A DNA stretch of 64,000 nucleotides from Xylographa opegraphella (Eukaryota). The notes below the pieces were generated by a model that searched no databases, was not told the DNA's origin, and saw only the letters and a list, made by a program, of their open reading frames with translations. A program made the position numbers and the translations under genes. Shown piece by piece: positions 1 to 14,122 of this stretch (position 1 is the first letter of the stretch; each line of letters opens with the position of its first letter). The DNA lies in contig JALDZX010000027.1 in NCBI GenBank assembly GCA_022813865.1, forward strand, positions 1-64,000, read 5' to 3'.

Positions 1-193
1 AATCGCTCACCTATAGCTGTGGTTCTAGGCCTGCTTTTCGGGTGAGATAGCGAGCCGTAACAAAGCTAGTCCTAATTGGCTATAGTACAAGCCGACAACA
101 CAGGCTGCTTTCCCCCTGGATTTTCAACAAAAACGAGAATTTATATAAATAACTCAAGTATAAATACTATTAACTTGATTTTTTCATATATTA

Positions 194-3100
194 TCAAGTT
201 ATTCCATCTGCATTCGCCACAAAAATCGCCGGGTTCACCAATTTCGATATTTTCAATATATCCCTCGATAGCAGTATCAGGGAGCTACCACCCAGAAGCT
301 TCAACATTGGTACGCTGGCTTCCATCGCCCTCGCCAACCAATTTCGAAGCTCGATCGCGACCAAAGAATCGAGTCCAAAGCTCACCATCGGCTTCGCACT
401 GTTGATCTCCTCTATGGGAATGCTCCCAATGCTCGCTACTTTCGTGATAATGGCATCGCACACGATCTGCGTGCCGTCCTCGACAGACGTTACTGCCGCA
501 AGCGCCTTTCCAATGTTGACTTGACCATTATGAACGTCAGTTTGGTCGTCTGCAGATGCAGACGACAGAGTACCGCGTGCAAGAATGGACCAGATTGGAT
601 CACCGCTGGACCAGGAGTGTTTGCTCTGTCCAGGCTGGGCCAGCTTGCAACCTGTGATCGTTTGGCAATGATCTGATCCTGTAGGCTGTTGACAGATTGC
701 AGCTTTGAGCAAAGCGTGATACTCCTTTTCGAGAACCTGGTCATTGGCGTTGGCGGTGATTTGCGCTTGGCGGTCCATGTTCTCTGCAACGTAGCCAACA
801 TCCGCCACGACACCGAGATCAATAGAGGAGGCGGGAAGACCACGAGCGGTACGATACTGCGCAAAGGCATCGAGAAAAGTGCTGCTAGCGGCGTAGGTCG
901 CCTGGCCACGGGTGCCCGCGATGCCGGAGATGGAGGAGAGGAGGATAAAAAAGGAGAGCGAGCGTGTGGAGAGGCAGTTGTGAAGGTTCCATGCCCCTTG
1001 TACTTTAGGGCGCACTACGGCGTTGTAGTCGGAGTACGTGGAGATTTCAAAGATAGAATCCTGTAAGAAACGGTGAGACCATTCATTAGTTCTCTGCATA
1101 AAACATATGTGGGTATACTGACTCGTAGCACCATTACACCGTGTATAACACCTCGGATGGGTGGCATGGTTTTCTCACACTCCTCAATCAAAGCTTCAAG
1201 CTGGCGCTTGTCTGCAATATCACATTTGTGAACAGCGATCGCCGCGCCTGCTTTGCTGAGCTCGTCGATAAGTTCTCGTACGTTATCTTGTGCTGCACCA
1301 CTTCGAGATGCGAGAATGATATTCCTGGCACCTTGTTTGACCAACCACTTCGCAGTTGACCGTCCCAATCCACCTGTGCCTCCAGTGATTAGATACGACG
1401 CACCGGCGTGCACTGCAGGCATAGCAATTTTAGCAGGTAGTGCCTGTACCATGTGTTAGTAAGTTCTGCAATTGCAGGTGGAATAATGTCATACCCGAAT
1501 TTGGTCCTCACTTTGAGCTTCGACCACAATTTTGCCCATATGCTTCCCGGTCTGCATAAGCCGCAGAGCGGCTTCGATCTGAGAAATTGGATAAACGGTT
1601 ATGGGAGAGACAGGCTTCACCGCTCCGATATGCAACAGTTCCATTACGTTTGCACACGTCTTCTGGAATACTTGAGGCTTTTTCATTGCGACGACCCCAA
1701 GGTCCACTGACGCGAACGTGGCCATGTTCTGGAACTTCCTCATCTCCAGTCGACTGTTCTGAACCATGTCCTTCTTGCCAATTTCAACAAATCTACCAAG
1801 GGGAGCAAGACAGTTCCATGTTGTTCGAAGAGCATCGCCGGCCACAGAGTTGAGAATGACGTCGACGCCCTCGTTATTCGTTCTGCGCATGATACCTCGC
1901 TCAAATGTGGTGTCTCTGCTTGAGAAAATATGGTCAACCGCAATATTGTACTTGTCCATCATGAATTTCTTCTTCTCGGGCGAGCCTACGGTGATGAAAA
2001 CTTCAGCTCCGATGTATTGAGCAAGCATGACAGCGGATTGTCCTACTCCACCGGCGGCTGCATGTATTAGAATCGACTCGCCCTTCTTCAGCTGTGCGAC
2101 ATTAAATAACGAATAATGGGCTGTAGTTAGAACCGTGAGAATTGCAGCTGCAGTTGAGAAGCTCATATTGTCGGGGATTTTTTGTGAGGTAAATCCTGGT
2201 ACTTGTATATGATTGGCATAACATCCACCAGCCATAGTGCAAACTCGATCTCCAATGGCGAAATCAGAGACCTCTTTACCCAGGGCGGTAACGATACCAC
2301 TGCATTCAAAGCCTAAGTCCTGGTAAGGAATTTGGCCCAGTCCGATCATGACGTCTTTGAAATTCATCCCAACAGCCTTAATATCGATCCCGATCATGTG
2401 GTCGGCGATGGGGTCGACTGACCTGTTGTCGTCCGCAAAGTAGAGAGAATCAAGTAAACCCGGAGTCTTGATTTTGAGCCTGAGTGGTCGTTTGTCCTGT
2501 ATAAATGGTTGAGACTCGGGAACAGGTTCATGTGTTTCACGCATGATGAAGTCGTCCTTGTCGACGTCGGGGATTACTCGAGGAATTTTGATGATACCAT
2601 CATGCTCCGCAAATTCCACATCGAAGCCGTTGGTAGGGGTATTTGAGCTGAAGACAGTTTTGTACATCCGAACGATTTCATCTGATGTATCTGCATTTGA
2701 TCTAACATGTCGCGGGTCCAAATCCATAGTTACAAACTTCACGCCCGTGTTCTCGGATCTTATAGTTCGAGCGAGGCCCAGAATCAAGTTCGCATCAGGA
2801 ACACTGGATTGATGGTTTGCACCACGAGTGACCCAGAGGATGCCTTGCGCACCTGAACACATTTCTTGCAATGCCATGAACTCGGTTTCTGTGATTTTAG
2901 ACAGGATCGGTTCATCGGCTTCGAGGATAATGCAGTACTTCCCCTCCATCTTTGCGTTACTCAACGGAATAACTGCTGGAGCACAGCCAGTCAGAGCTTT
3001 CAGCGACTTTTGTAGCTGCTCGATCGATATGCCACTGATGTGCGACCCGTTGAGCACAATTGTAGAGTTCGGATACACTGAATCTTCGTTACCCCGTGCA

Positions 3101-6100
3101 GTTGAGAACATTATGCTTGTGCTATGGTCGGGTGAGCCCGATTGATATGGAATACCATTGTCGAGTCCTGAGAAACCAGATTTTTTGAGGAGGCTGTCCC
3201 ATTGCTCTCTTGCGATTACTAGATCTTTTGGCTGCTCGGATTCAGTCTCCAGAGATGTTTCTGGCATTTCATTAGTTGCGATTCTGATGGTCTGACGATA
3301 TAACATACCAGGCAAAGTATCAAAAGCTGGATCATCAGATGTCTTTGGAGGTATTGATTTTGATAGTATCAGTTTTCCTCCAGGTCTTAGCAGCTTTTTG
3401 ATATTCCATAGGATATTATTCACTCGGAGTTGGTCAGTATCAGCGTCAATATCCATATATACCACAAGATCATAGAACTCGGCGACGAAGCCTTGGCCAA
3501 GAGGATCTTGCTCAATATCAATCTGTTTGGCTGAAACAAGCTCACCCCAGCTCTTGAGTCTCTGCTGAGCTTTGTCAAAGGAATGAGTGGAGATCACAGT
3601 ATAATCGTACTGGCTGAATCGCGGCTGTTTCCTTTCAGTGCCCTTCAGAGTATCCAGAATTGGAACTGCAAGTTCACCGCCGATCTGAATCACTTTTAGA
3701 TATGGATTTTCGTGCGCCATCTTGTCAGCGTAAAGCGCAGCGTTGGCTAAACTTTGCTTCACATTTGAGGCATTGCTGAAATATCTTTCAAGGTGATCAA
3801 GTTCAGAATCTGCTGAAGCTGTCGTGAATAATCGATCCAAGTTCCGAGGCGCCAGCGAGTCAAGATGTGGCTCCCATTGCAGTTTAAAGCAAAGGTTCCT
3901 GATTTTAGCCGCTTCTACACTGGAGTCTACTCGTTGCGATACTGCTGATCCAGTATAATCAACAACCTCCACAACCGGAACGCTGTTGTCCTTGGAAGCA
4001 TCGAAAACTGTCATCGAACCTACAAACATCTTGTTACCACTGGTGAACTGAGCTGTAGAGTATACTTGTAGGTTATCTCCAGGATGATATGTAAGGCACT
4101 GAGAGACAGAAAGACTCTTCATGAAAACTGGCATGTAAGAGTTTACCCATTCTCCTTCATCCGTGTGAAGTGCATAAATGATTGCCTGAAGAATTGTGTC
4201 TAAAGTGGCAGGGTGAATGATCGAGTAACTTTCCCAGGAATATGGCATTCGTGATGCGGTGTCCGGAATATGCAGGCTCACGACCGCTTGGCCAGGACTG
4301 ACATGTGCCTCATAAATATTTCGATACGTTGGACCAAACACTAATCCACCTTTGGCCCAAATGTCGTACATTTTTGTGGAATCAAGAGGTGTGGAACAGC
4401 TCTTCCTCAACTGAGAGGTCCAGTTTCTGAAAGTGGATTTCTCGTCCTCCTCGTTACGCTTTCCATCAATTGAATTTTGCTCTTTAGCCTTCTGAACTGA
4501 AATAAGGCCGCGACAATGCTCTATCCAGCCTTGCTCCTCCGTCCACGACGATATACTAAAGTCATCCCAGATATCAGAATATCTTTGGGTACCTTCATGA
4601 TTTGGTCGGAGTGTGATGTGTACTTCAGCGGCCGAAGACTCTTGAAAGACGAGGGACCGGAGAACTGAAATCTCACGAAGATTATACCGGGTGGAGGAGG
4701 TAATGGAGACCCCGCGACAAATAGCACGTTGGTAGGCAGCTTGTATTATCATGGACATAAAACCACTAAAAGGGAAAACGGGGCTTGACTCGATCTTGTG
4801 GTCTAAAAGCCAGGGGATTTCTTCGAGACGGAAAATATTCCGCCACTGGTTATCCATTGAATTTGAGTCCAGCACCAACGATCCTATCAAGTCATGCCTC
4901 GCGAATGGTTTCATTCGGTGGGCGAGGCTCCCTCGAGATTCATTCCAATGGCGCTTGTTATGACTCCATGGATAGCTTGGAAGATCGATTAGAACCTTTG
5001 CGCTGGAGCTGACAGGAAAGTTAACTTTGCCAAGGTCAATTTCGTATCCCATCTCAAATAGGCGAGATGCCAGACTGAGCATTGTTTGTGTGGCATCATG
5101 GTCTCTCTTAAGAGTATACAGATACTTCAAGTCGCTACCACTTCCGGCATTGGCTTTAAGAATTTGTTTGATGGGGCTTTCGAAGGTACTGTGAGGGCCG
5201 ATCTCTATCAGCACGTCAATTGGACCTTCGGCGCGAGAATCTTTGGTAGGAAAGCAGAGTTTCTGCAAAGTCTGCGACAACAGTACTGGATTCACCATGT
5301 TATCAACCCAATAAGATGAATCAAGACTTCCGGTATCAATCCGCTGGGCTCTTGAGGACGACCAAAATTCGGCATGGGTGGATTCGTTATGACTGATATT
5401 CCCAAGCGCCGTCAGATAATCTGCTTCCACTGCCCGCATATGATGGGAGTGGTATGCGACATTCACACGAAGCTTAGTTGTAAGCACATCCTTACTCCTG
5501 GAGAGAGATTGTAGCTCGTTGATTCCCATGTCGTCGCCGGATGCCACAATCAGTAATGGGCTCAGATAGCAGGCAATATCCACTCTACCTCCTTTCACCA
5601 TAGTAAGCATAGATTCCACCTCTTCTGAACTTGCTCTGATAGCCAACATAGCTCCTTTACGGGCGGAAGTGCTGCTCTCTAGTGTCCACGCAATAACCCC
5701 TCGGTGATAAGCAATAGCCAAGCACGCCTTCATTGACAATGCCCCGGAAGCGTAAGCAGCTGGGATCTCCCCACTTGAGTGTCCACTTACTGCAACAGCT
5801 TTGATATTCCATGAAGACATCAGATTGACGAGTGCGATTTGGATAGCAGTAACAGCTGGCTGACTGATATATGCACGGGCAACACAAGATGTGTCGGTAT
5901 CTTTGTTAAGCTCGTCTATGATCATCAGTACGTGAAGGTCAACGAAGTAAAAGGTGATTGGTACCTAGCAGAGACCATTTGGCTCCTAGATCTTTCAGAC
6001 ACATATCGGCTTCCTGAATCGTGGAAGCAAATACTGGATAGTCTCTGATCAACTCTCTACCCATGGCGGCCCATTGAGCACCCTGTCCTGTGAATACGAA

Positions 6101-8187
6101 TGCTAGCATAGGTGGTGCAGAACTTCTCAACGGTTTGGTATCATTATCCAGAAGAGCTTTGATCAACTCAATCTCTGAAGAAGCTATTATAGACACTCTC
6201 CATGCGTGCAAAGAGCGGCGTTGAGCAAGGGTAAAGGCCAAGTCTTGCATAATGTTGGACAGTTTTTCCGTCACTCGATCTTGTAAATATGTGTGCAGAT
6301 GTTTCATCTGTGAGATTATCGATGCCTTCTCGAAAGCGCTAAGCACATAAACTCGTTTTCTAGAATTTGAATTCATTGTCTCCAAATTGCCAAGGGAAAG
6401 ACTATTTTGCAATTTGTGGCCATTGGTATTGGCGCTGAGTTCGTGGTCTCCGGCAACGGGGTCGTTGTGAAACTTGTGACCGTTGGCGAGGGCGCGTTCA
6501 GATGGGACATGACTCGCGATGAGTCCGTTGTGATCTACAATGATGTTAGTAAGTCAGTACAATTTCATGATTGCTCAAATACCTCTATCGAACGATCTGA
6601 CGGTTTTGTCGTTGAAATAACTTGACGAGCTCTCCAGGATTACATGGCAGTTTGTACCGCCAAAGCCAAAGTTACACACCGAAGCTCGGCGTAAACTCGA
6701 TTCAGGCCACGGAAGCAATGATGTCGGGACCTAAAAGATCTGAGCCAAGCCGTATGATGGAAGGGAGAATAAAAATTACTTTCATATTCCAGTCTTGGAG
6801 GTGTATACGTTCGTGTGTGTTTTCAAAGTTGATATTTGGAGGTATCAAGCCATTTTCAAGCATGTACACCGTCTTGATTATTCCGGCAAGTCCACTGGTC
6901 GCTTCTGTGTGGCCTATATTTGTCTTGATAGATCCAACCAGCACTGGATCATCTGGAGGTCGAACAGATCCAAAAACAGTAGCAATAGCTTCAGCCTCTA
7001 TAGGATCACCTACTGCAGTTCCAGTGCCATGAGCTTCGACATACGCGGTTTCTGCACAGTCGAGTCCAGCAGTACGATACACCGAGTTCATGAGATCTAT
7101 CTGAGCCTCCTGACTGGGAAACGTAACACCAGTTGTTTTGCCGTCCTGGTTCGCTCCGCTATTCCGAATGACAGCTCGGATATTGTCGCCAGCTTTGATG
7201 GCGGCATCGAGGGGTTTGATGACTATGGTAGCAACGCCCTCACCACGACCATATCCAGTGCCTCGATTGTCATATGTATAGGAACGGCCATCTGCAGAGA
7301 ATAGTCTGTTCCATTAGCATACAGTGGTATCAGATCTTCGCAAATCTTACCCTAATAAACTCATCGAGATCATAATGTCAGGACTCAATACTAGATGACA
7401 TCCACCAACGATGGCCTGTTCTGATTCACCAGTACGCAGACTCTGGCAAGCCAAGTGAAGCGCGGTCAAACTTGAAGAACATGCTGTATCAATCGTCATA
7501 CTAGGCCCTCGAAAGTCAAAGAAGTACGATAAACGGTTTGATGCAAGAGTAGGTGCAAGACCAGTAGCAGAATAAGTGGACGATGTACTTTCATCTGCGG
7601 CGAGTTGGGCATAGTCTGTACTGGCTAAGCCGACGAATACTCCCACTCGTTTACTAGCAATTGTGTGAACCGCAATGCCAGCTGCACAAAACGTCAGTCA
7701 ATTTTAGCTAGGACCGAAAGGTTAGCCTGACCGTTTTCCAAAGACTCGTAGGTCGACTCAAGCAACAGACGTTGTTGTGGATCCATAGCCTAAGAACGTC
7801 AGTCGCCAGAACACTTTCGCGAAACCTCGATGTGATTTACCTTTGCTTCAGATGCGTTGACTCGGAAGAATGGAGCGTCAAATAGGGCTATGTCCTCTTT
7901 GATAAAGTGACCACCACGATTGTTAAACTGTCACGCGGTTAACAATGCCCGATGGTACAGCAAAAACTGCTTACACAGCCAGGCTTAGAACTGTCAGGAT
8001 GCCAAAACCCATCAACGTTCATTCGATCTTTAGGAATTTCTGACCATGCGCTTCGGCCTTCGCAGCACATATCCCATAAGCCTTTCGGATCTGAACGCTC
8101 TCCAGGAAAACGGCACGCCATTCCTACAATGGCGATAGGCATCACATGTGCGGCCGATGAAGGTATGGTATTCGAACTGCCGTTCAT
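194..8187 (-). CDS. Highly reducing iterative type I polyketide synthase (KS-AT-DH-pseudo-cMT-ER-KR-ACP), multi-exon; start could be 8244
   Basis: [117 protein letters not shown] (across an intron), YAASS. ACP: GLDSL. About 10 GT-AG introns join the ORF fragments in frame (e.g. 7928-7974). Confidence 0.96.
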
Positions 8188-11100
8188 GTTTGCAGTCCGA
8201 TACCTTGGGGACTCGGGCTCCGTTTCTATACCGAGCAGCGGCATTGTTAAAAGATCGCAACACTGTCCACTATGCAAGACTGAAGACTCTCAATGACTTA
8301 AGCAAGAGTCACCTGTTAAGGAAAGGTTGGCATGCCGACCTCCTGTAGATATATATCTGTAACCTGACCGGTGAGCAGGACGACGTACGGCAGGATAGGT
8401 AAGAATATTATATTTTCAGGATGTTTGGTGTGGAAATGCTTCCAATTTTTTCAAGACCTTGCAGCAAACCACGGTTAGTAGTTAGAGACGAGCCATCTTA
8501 ATGTACTGGCTCGACGACAGCCTCTTCACCGAACTGTCACAGTCATACCATGGATGATTGACCTATGAGACCAAATTGCGAGTTGAGGATCATTAGATCG
8601 CCAAGGGCTCAACATGGCCAGGCCCATGCCAGGGACGTTAGAGTACAAGCACAACGATAAAAGAACACGCGATTGCTATGCAATATTGCGTCCTGATCAC
8701 AAGGATTATGATCTGCAGCCGTTGGGTCCACGGCGGTATGCGCTCAAATATGCCGACGCAGTTGGTTGGACTAACACGGATGGGGAAATTCGGTTGGCAC
8801 ACTCAAAAAGACCTGATCGCTAATAATTCATTTTACTTAGGGTTAACATTTAAGATCATTTTCATGCAGAGCGGAACAATACTTGCAGTGCACAGTGCAT
8901 GCAGGAGACAGGATGGAGGAATACTAAAGAAGGCTGCAGTATAACATGATCAGGGCCTCGGGGAGACAGCAAACAGCAATTTCGACACAGAAACCCGCTA
9001 TGAATATAACGTAAACCATCAACATAGAAACGGCCAATCTCTCCAAAGCTGGCTTGAGCAGCTCACTAAAAGATCCGATTGACGCGGTCCGGCATGAACG
9101 GAGCTCATCCAGCGTGTCTGGCAATATCAAACCCACGGAGGAAAAGCATGGCGTAATTCTGAGCTCAGTGTGATCAGACCTTAAGTTGGTTGAGATTACT
9201 CACGAGGTCATGGTAACACTCTTTGACGTGAATGGTATCCGCCAGGTATATTATATTCCATTCTGATATGCGCTTAAGGATCAAGACTTTGCACTGTACA
9301 GCCTTCCATTGGTCGATTGATTTCTGGCCGCACCACTGCACCTACCTTTGTTGCCAATAGTTATCGAGAATTGCGATTGCAGTCTCCGGGGGCTATCTTG
9401 TTCAAGGCTGGTTACACTATGTCGTGCACGCCGCCTCATCAGTGGAAACGTCGATCATACCCACTTACCGCAATTCGAAAAGTATCATACGCCATTGCCG
9501 TGCAGCCCTGCTTTGTAATGCGACATAATGCGGCCATAAAACTCGGCGAAATTGTATGAAAGTGTAGGTAACACCAGGAGAACGCGTCCGAACCATCCAC
9601 CGAATTGCCGCTGGTTTCCCAATACTGTTCAATACAGATCACCTGATCCTATAACGCTGTGTCGACTTGCAAGTACCTGTCCGGTTTTGAAGCTCAGCCG
9701 TTCAACAATATTGCACGTACTGAAAAGGTTGGTAGAGTTGCTGAATCTGTAAGGCGAGACGAGATTCGTGTTATTTCATCTTCGCGTCCAATTTGGCATA
9801 AAGCTCCTCTCTCTCTCACTGCTTGACTAAAGCCTTCCACCCGTCAGAGTGCATGCCTCCTAGGGTGTTCTAGAGGATGACAATGCGCAACCGCAGAGGA
9901 AGATTCGTTAGAGAATTAGGAATGTCCTGTTATAGGGATCCAATGGCTTTTGGTGGGGGTCCTGGGTAGTTGGATGGCATAGAAATGTTCATTTGTCAGG
10001 CTGACCTAGGTCCGAGTAGACAACCAAAGCCTCGCAAACAAAATGACACGCTGGAAGTATACCTGTCCACTCCAGCTGAGTGAATTTAGAGCAACAATGC
10101 TTGACACCCGGCAGAATTGAATCTAGTGCTAGAAGGCCCTGTTGACAGCAAATCTTCTGTAACTATGGGAGGCAATGCCAACAGATTCTTTGTATATCGA
10201 AGTACATTGATCTTCCATGTGTATTCTTCGCATACCCACCAGGGCGAACTGATAAGGACAGTACGATCTGGTCTTTCCATGAAAGAGCGGTAGTATAGCG
10301 GCGTTGTAGTTAGTACCTAATCCTTAGAGGATTCTCCTGTAAGGGAAGCAGCCTTTTCGTTGCAAAGTTCAAATATGTGATTGTCATTCATCTGTCCCTT
10401 CTCAAACATACATGGTATAACTCCCTGCTGTCCTTAATGATCAGCATAGTCGAGGACTCGTTCCGGACAGCGACGAACATATGAGACTATACATCAGGAT
10501 ACCTGCATGCCTTCGCTGTGATCACGAAAGAGTTGAAAGGCTTTTCCCTAAACGGAACGATCAACAACGAGATATGGTGCCATACTTTCCTACGTTCGTA
10601 GACGATGAGGTTAACCGTACGAAGTATGGAAGAGAGTTACAGCTCTCAGATTGAACAAGCAACTTGATGAGATTGATCGACTGTGTAAGGTATTCTAGAC
10701 TATGCCACTAGCAATCACGCTAGGTCCTAAGCATTTCATACTCCATACTCCTCCGTACGAACCACCACAATTGACTCATGCACAAAATTATTAGTACTTC
10801 ATACTGTCTAAACCAGTTGTATACTGCTAGTTCTTACATCCGCTGTACCTGTCTACTCCGTGAGAAGAAATTTGGGTACACAATCGGAAGGTGCGCATCT
10901 TCCTCAAGCTCGGGCTGCAACCGAATGGGGAAATAGGAGTGTGTGCGCAAGTGCAAAGACCTTCCCATGGTACGAATATCTTCCGGACGCATCATACAGT
11001 TTTTTCGCGTTGGTGATGTGACCTCAGCGTACTTTGATCCTCACCTTTGCCTGTGGGCCGGTCCTTCCTTCCTATTGTAGCTCTTAAAACTCTAGCAGAT

Positions 11101-11350
11101 GAAGTTAAGAACACAAATCGTCCCGGCCACAACAGCAGTGCAGATCGTTGTTCATCTCGCCAAGAAGTGCGTGGCACTTAGAGAATGCTCAGGTGAAATT
11201 AATGTGTAAACTTCATTTACATATTTTCGTGTTTATACGGAAGACTCGCTCGTAACGTCGTCGAGATTACCTCCGGCAATCCTCATTATACACAACGATC
11301 CCACCATAACTTTAGTGTGTAGAACTGCAAAATCGGCCATTTTACTCTCG

Positions 11351-14122
11351 TCATGGCCCATATCTGCTCCTCCTTGTCTTTGCCGTCCCGGCACCTACTC
11401 CGATATCAATCCTTCTCATCTCTTCACTTAAAGCATCGGTGCCCCAATCCTCCTGGTTTGTCGACAATGGGAGCTTGGCAGGAACAGGTGGCGGGGCATT
11501 CGGTGAACTCCTTGAATACGCTGGAGTGCTACTCGAACCGTAGTTGACCTGTTCGCGCAAGGGAAGTGTCGATGAGATGCCATCATTGATCGGCAGCACA
11601 GGGCTGGAATTTGCATGTGTGGGTGACATTCGGGATTTTTTCTGCAGGCGGTTGCGACCTGTAGTTGTAGGCGACACTGAGTCGACGGAGTACGAGTGCA
11701 CAGTTGTGGCTATGGAATGCGGCCTGATCACCGTCTGCCTGGGTGGTCTTGGTACAGAATTCGGCATTGGTTGAGCACCTAAAGGACTTTGACGAAATCG
11801 GAAGGTGATCTCGGGACCCTTTCGCGGTGGCTTTTGTTCTGGTTCCGGTGCCCAAGTCTCGGTGGGGAGATGGTCGGATGGGTCAATTATCCTACCGTCG
11901 CTCCCAATAATTGGCCCTTCCTCAAGCTTCTCTTCTTGCTCCTTCTGTCGATACGCATCTCTGGCTTGTTCTGGGGTTTTATAGGTCGGTCCTGACTTGT
12001 TGATGTTCGAAGCAGACTTGAGGTTTGGGTTCAGAGCTTCGTAAGAGTCTGGGGAAAAGGGGACGCTAGATAGGACTCCTTCCCGTGGTGCAGATTGCGG
12101 CTGAGGACTTAGCGACTTTCTGCTTGGTGTCCGAGGATCCGGGCTAACTGTTCTTTGATCTGCAAGTGATGTCGAAGCACGATAAAGATATTCATTCCGA
12201 CTGGTCTCCTTCCGACCGGGAACCTCAATATCATTGTATGTTGCACGAGGACTGACACGATAATCGCGATCCAAAACAACCTCTCGTTCTGGTGTATATG
12301 GTTGCGAGGGATACAGCTGCTTCTCTTGCCTCATACGCTGGTTTTCGACGTCAGGCATACTGGGATCGTATCCAGGAACAAGACTGGGGGGTGGAGTTTG
12401 GCCGTAAGAAAAATGATCAGCGAAGTTGCTAGGATCATATGACTGTCTTCGTCGTTGTGAGGCGTACGTATCATATTGAGGTAATTGATGGGCAACTTTT
12501 GTTGAAAGTTGAGCACCAGATGGTGATAGTGACAGCACTTGGTTGTCTTGTGGTAGATCCGTGTGACCTTTCGCCAGAGGACTGGCAGTGAAGCTTGCCC
12601 TTCCGTGTCGTACATTGAGCGGAGCTGGTGCAGCTATTGCACCCAGGTTCGGTCGTTGCACAAGGTCGTCGGTATTGTTCGGAGTGTGAAAGCCACTACT
12701 ACGGTGAGCCGGCGGCGGTGGCGGAGGTCCCTCATCGCCATCAATCCGTTGGCTCTGGGATGCGACTGCATTATAGCAATTTTCATGAGAACGGTTTCGT
12801 AGCGGACTTTGCTGGTAGCCACTGCCCTGGTTGTAATGATTTTCTTGCTGTTTCAATTCTTCGGAAGATATTGAAGCCTGCGACGGATTGTGGAAGTCAC
12901 CGAGAGAACGATTGTGATTTAGGGTAGGAATGGGACTCGACAGAGAGGTGTTTTGCTGCGTGTGGTATCGATGCGGATTCTGTGCTATTGGTCTTACAAT
13001 TTTAGGGTTATAAGGCGGAAGTTGTGGAAGATCTAGATCGAGAGTCGAGTGCTGCGGGTGTGTCTGAAGAAGTCGTTGCTGCATTTTATCGTCTTCATTA
13101 GGATAAGGAATTTGAGGTTGAGAGAGCACATTTCTTGCGTCGGACGTGTGACTATTGTGAAACGAAATATCATTAGCAGTAAAGTGCTGCTGGTTGTACG
13201 ACGTAAAATGAAGTCCATCAGATGGCTGCCCGGCAGGGCATCGATTGATATATTGTGTAGCATCATGCGATTGGTGACATGGAGCAGACGGCGAGGGGTC
13301 GTGCGGTCTCGGGGCTTGCTCTTGGTAGACTGTGTCCGAATGAAGGCCTGAAACATATGCCGATTGCGGTGTGATATATACACCTGGTCTGTTTTGGTGC
13401 TGGTGAGGAGTATATTGTAAGGGTGATGACTGAGCATGATCAGGCATGACTGGTCGAAGCGGTGAGGAATCTTGGATAGTCGGATCGGTCGGTAACGGCC
13501 TCCGTTTTACCGGCTTCGATTGCCTGGGTCCGTTGACGCTCTCCACACCACGTTCATGAATGTCGATTGTGGCTGGCACATCAGAAGTGGAGCGACCTCG
13601 CTCTTCTTTCGGTCGGGTGTCGTAATAAGTAAGTTCGATCCGAATCTCCCCAGCGTATCTGCCTTTGCAGTTTAGCGAATGCCATATGTCACTTTGCCCT
13701 CCTCCCGGAACAACAACGCTGTCTAAGGACACCCAAGTCTCTCCAATCAGGTCTGTCCGCTTGTCGTCGTTGAAGACGGAGACCTTCAGTTGGTGGTAGT
13801 CCGGAGAGTCGTGAACAGTAAATCGAAGTTCTTGATCCCTGAAAGTTTGTTAGAAAGGTCTAGGGGACAGGCAACATTTACTTTCATACCATCGAGGTGT
13901 TTGTCCCCCTCTCTTGTCAGTTTCGGTTTTCTTGGCTTCCTTACCCAATCTTGCTGCGCAATATGGATCTTGCTTTCCCATTGTCTTGCGATTAGGTAGA
14001 TTCTTTGCCCGATCCACAATCACGACCAGGGTCCCAATATCCTGCCCATCAACCGTCATATCGGCATATATTCCAGCCGTATGTACGCTCGTCATGGCCA
14101 CCTTGGTAGATTTGGAAGCCAT
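11351..14122 (-). CDS. fic1: C2-domain cytokinesis/ingression protein (Inn1/Fic1-like) with long Pro-rich C-terminus
   Basis: N-terminal C2 domain GTLVVIVDRAKNLPNRKTMGKQDPYC...GGQTPRW|DQELRF...VFNDDKRTDLIGE, with one intron near 13841-13889. Long Pro/Gln-rich region ending in PPPVPAK. Confidence 0.85.

Noticed and set aside
880..905. KR motif YAASS in place of YxxxN taken as an inactive KR
   Set aside because: The catalytic Tyr, upstream Ser/Lys and NADPH motif are intact, and this position varies in fungal HR-PKSs.
9026..9151. Possible fourth copy of the small W-x-H family (IQRVWQYQTHGGKAW)
   Set aside because: It lacks both His residues and the hydrophobic N-terminal helix and has two stops. 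The similarity could be chance.
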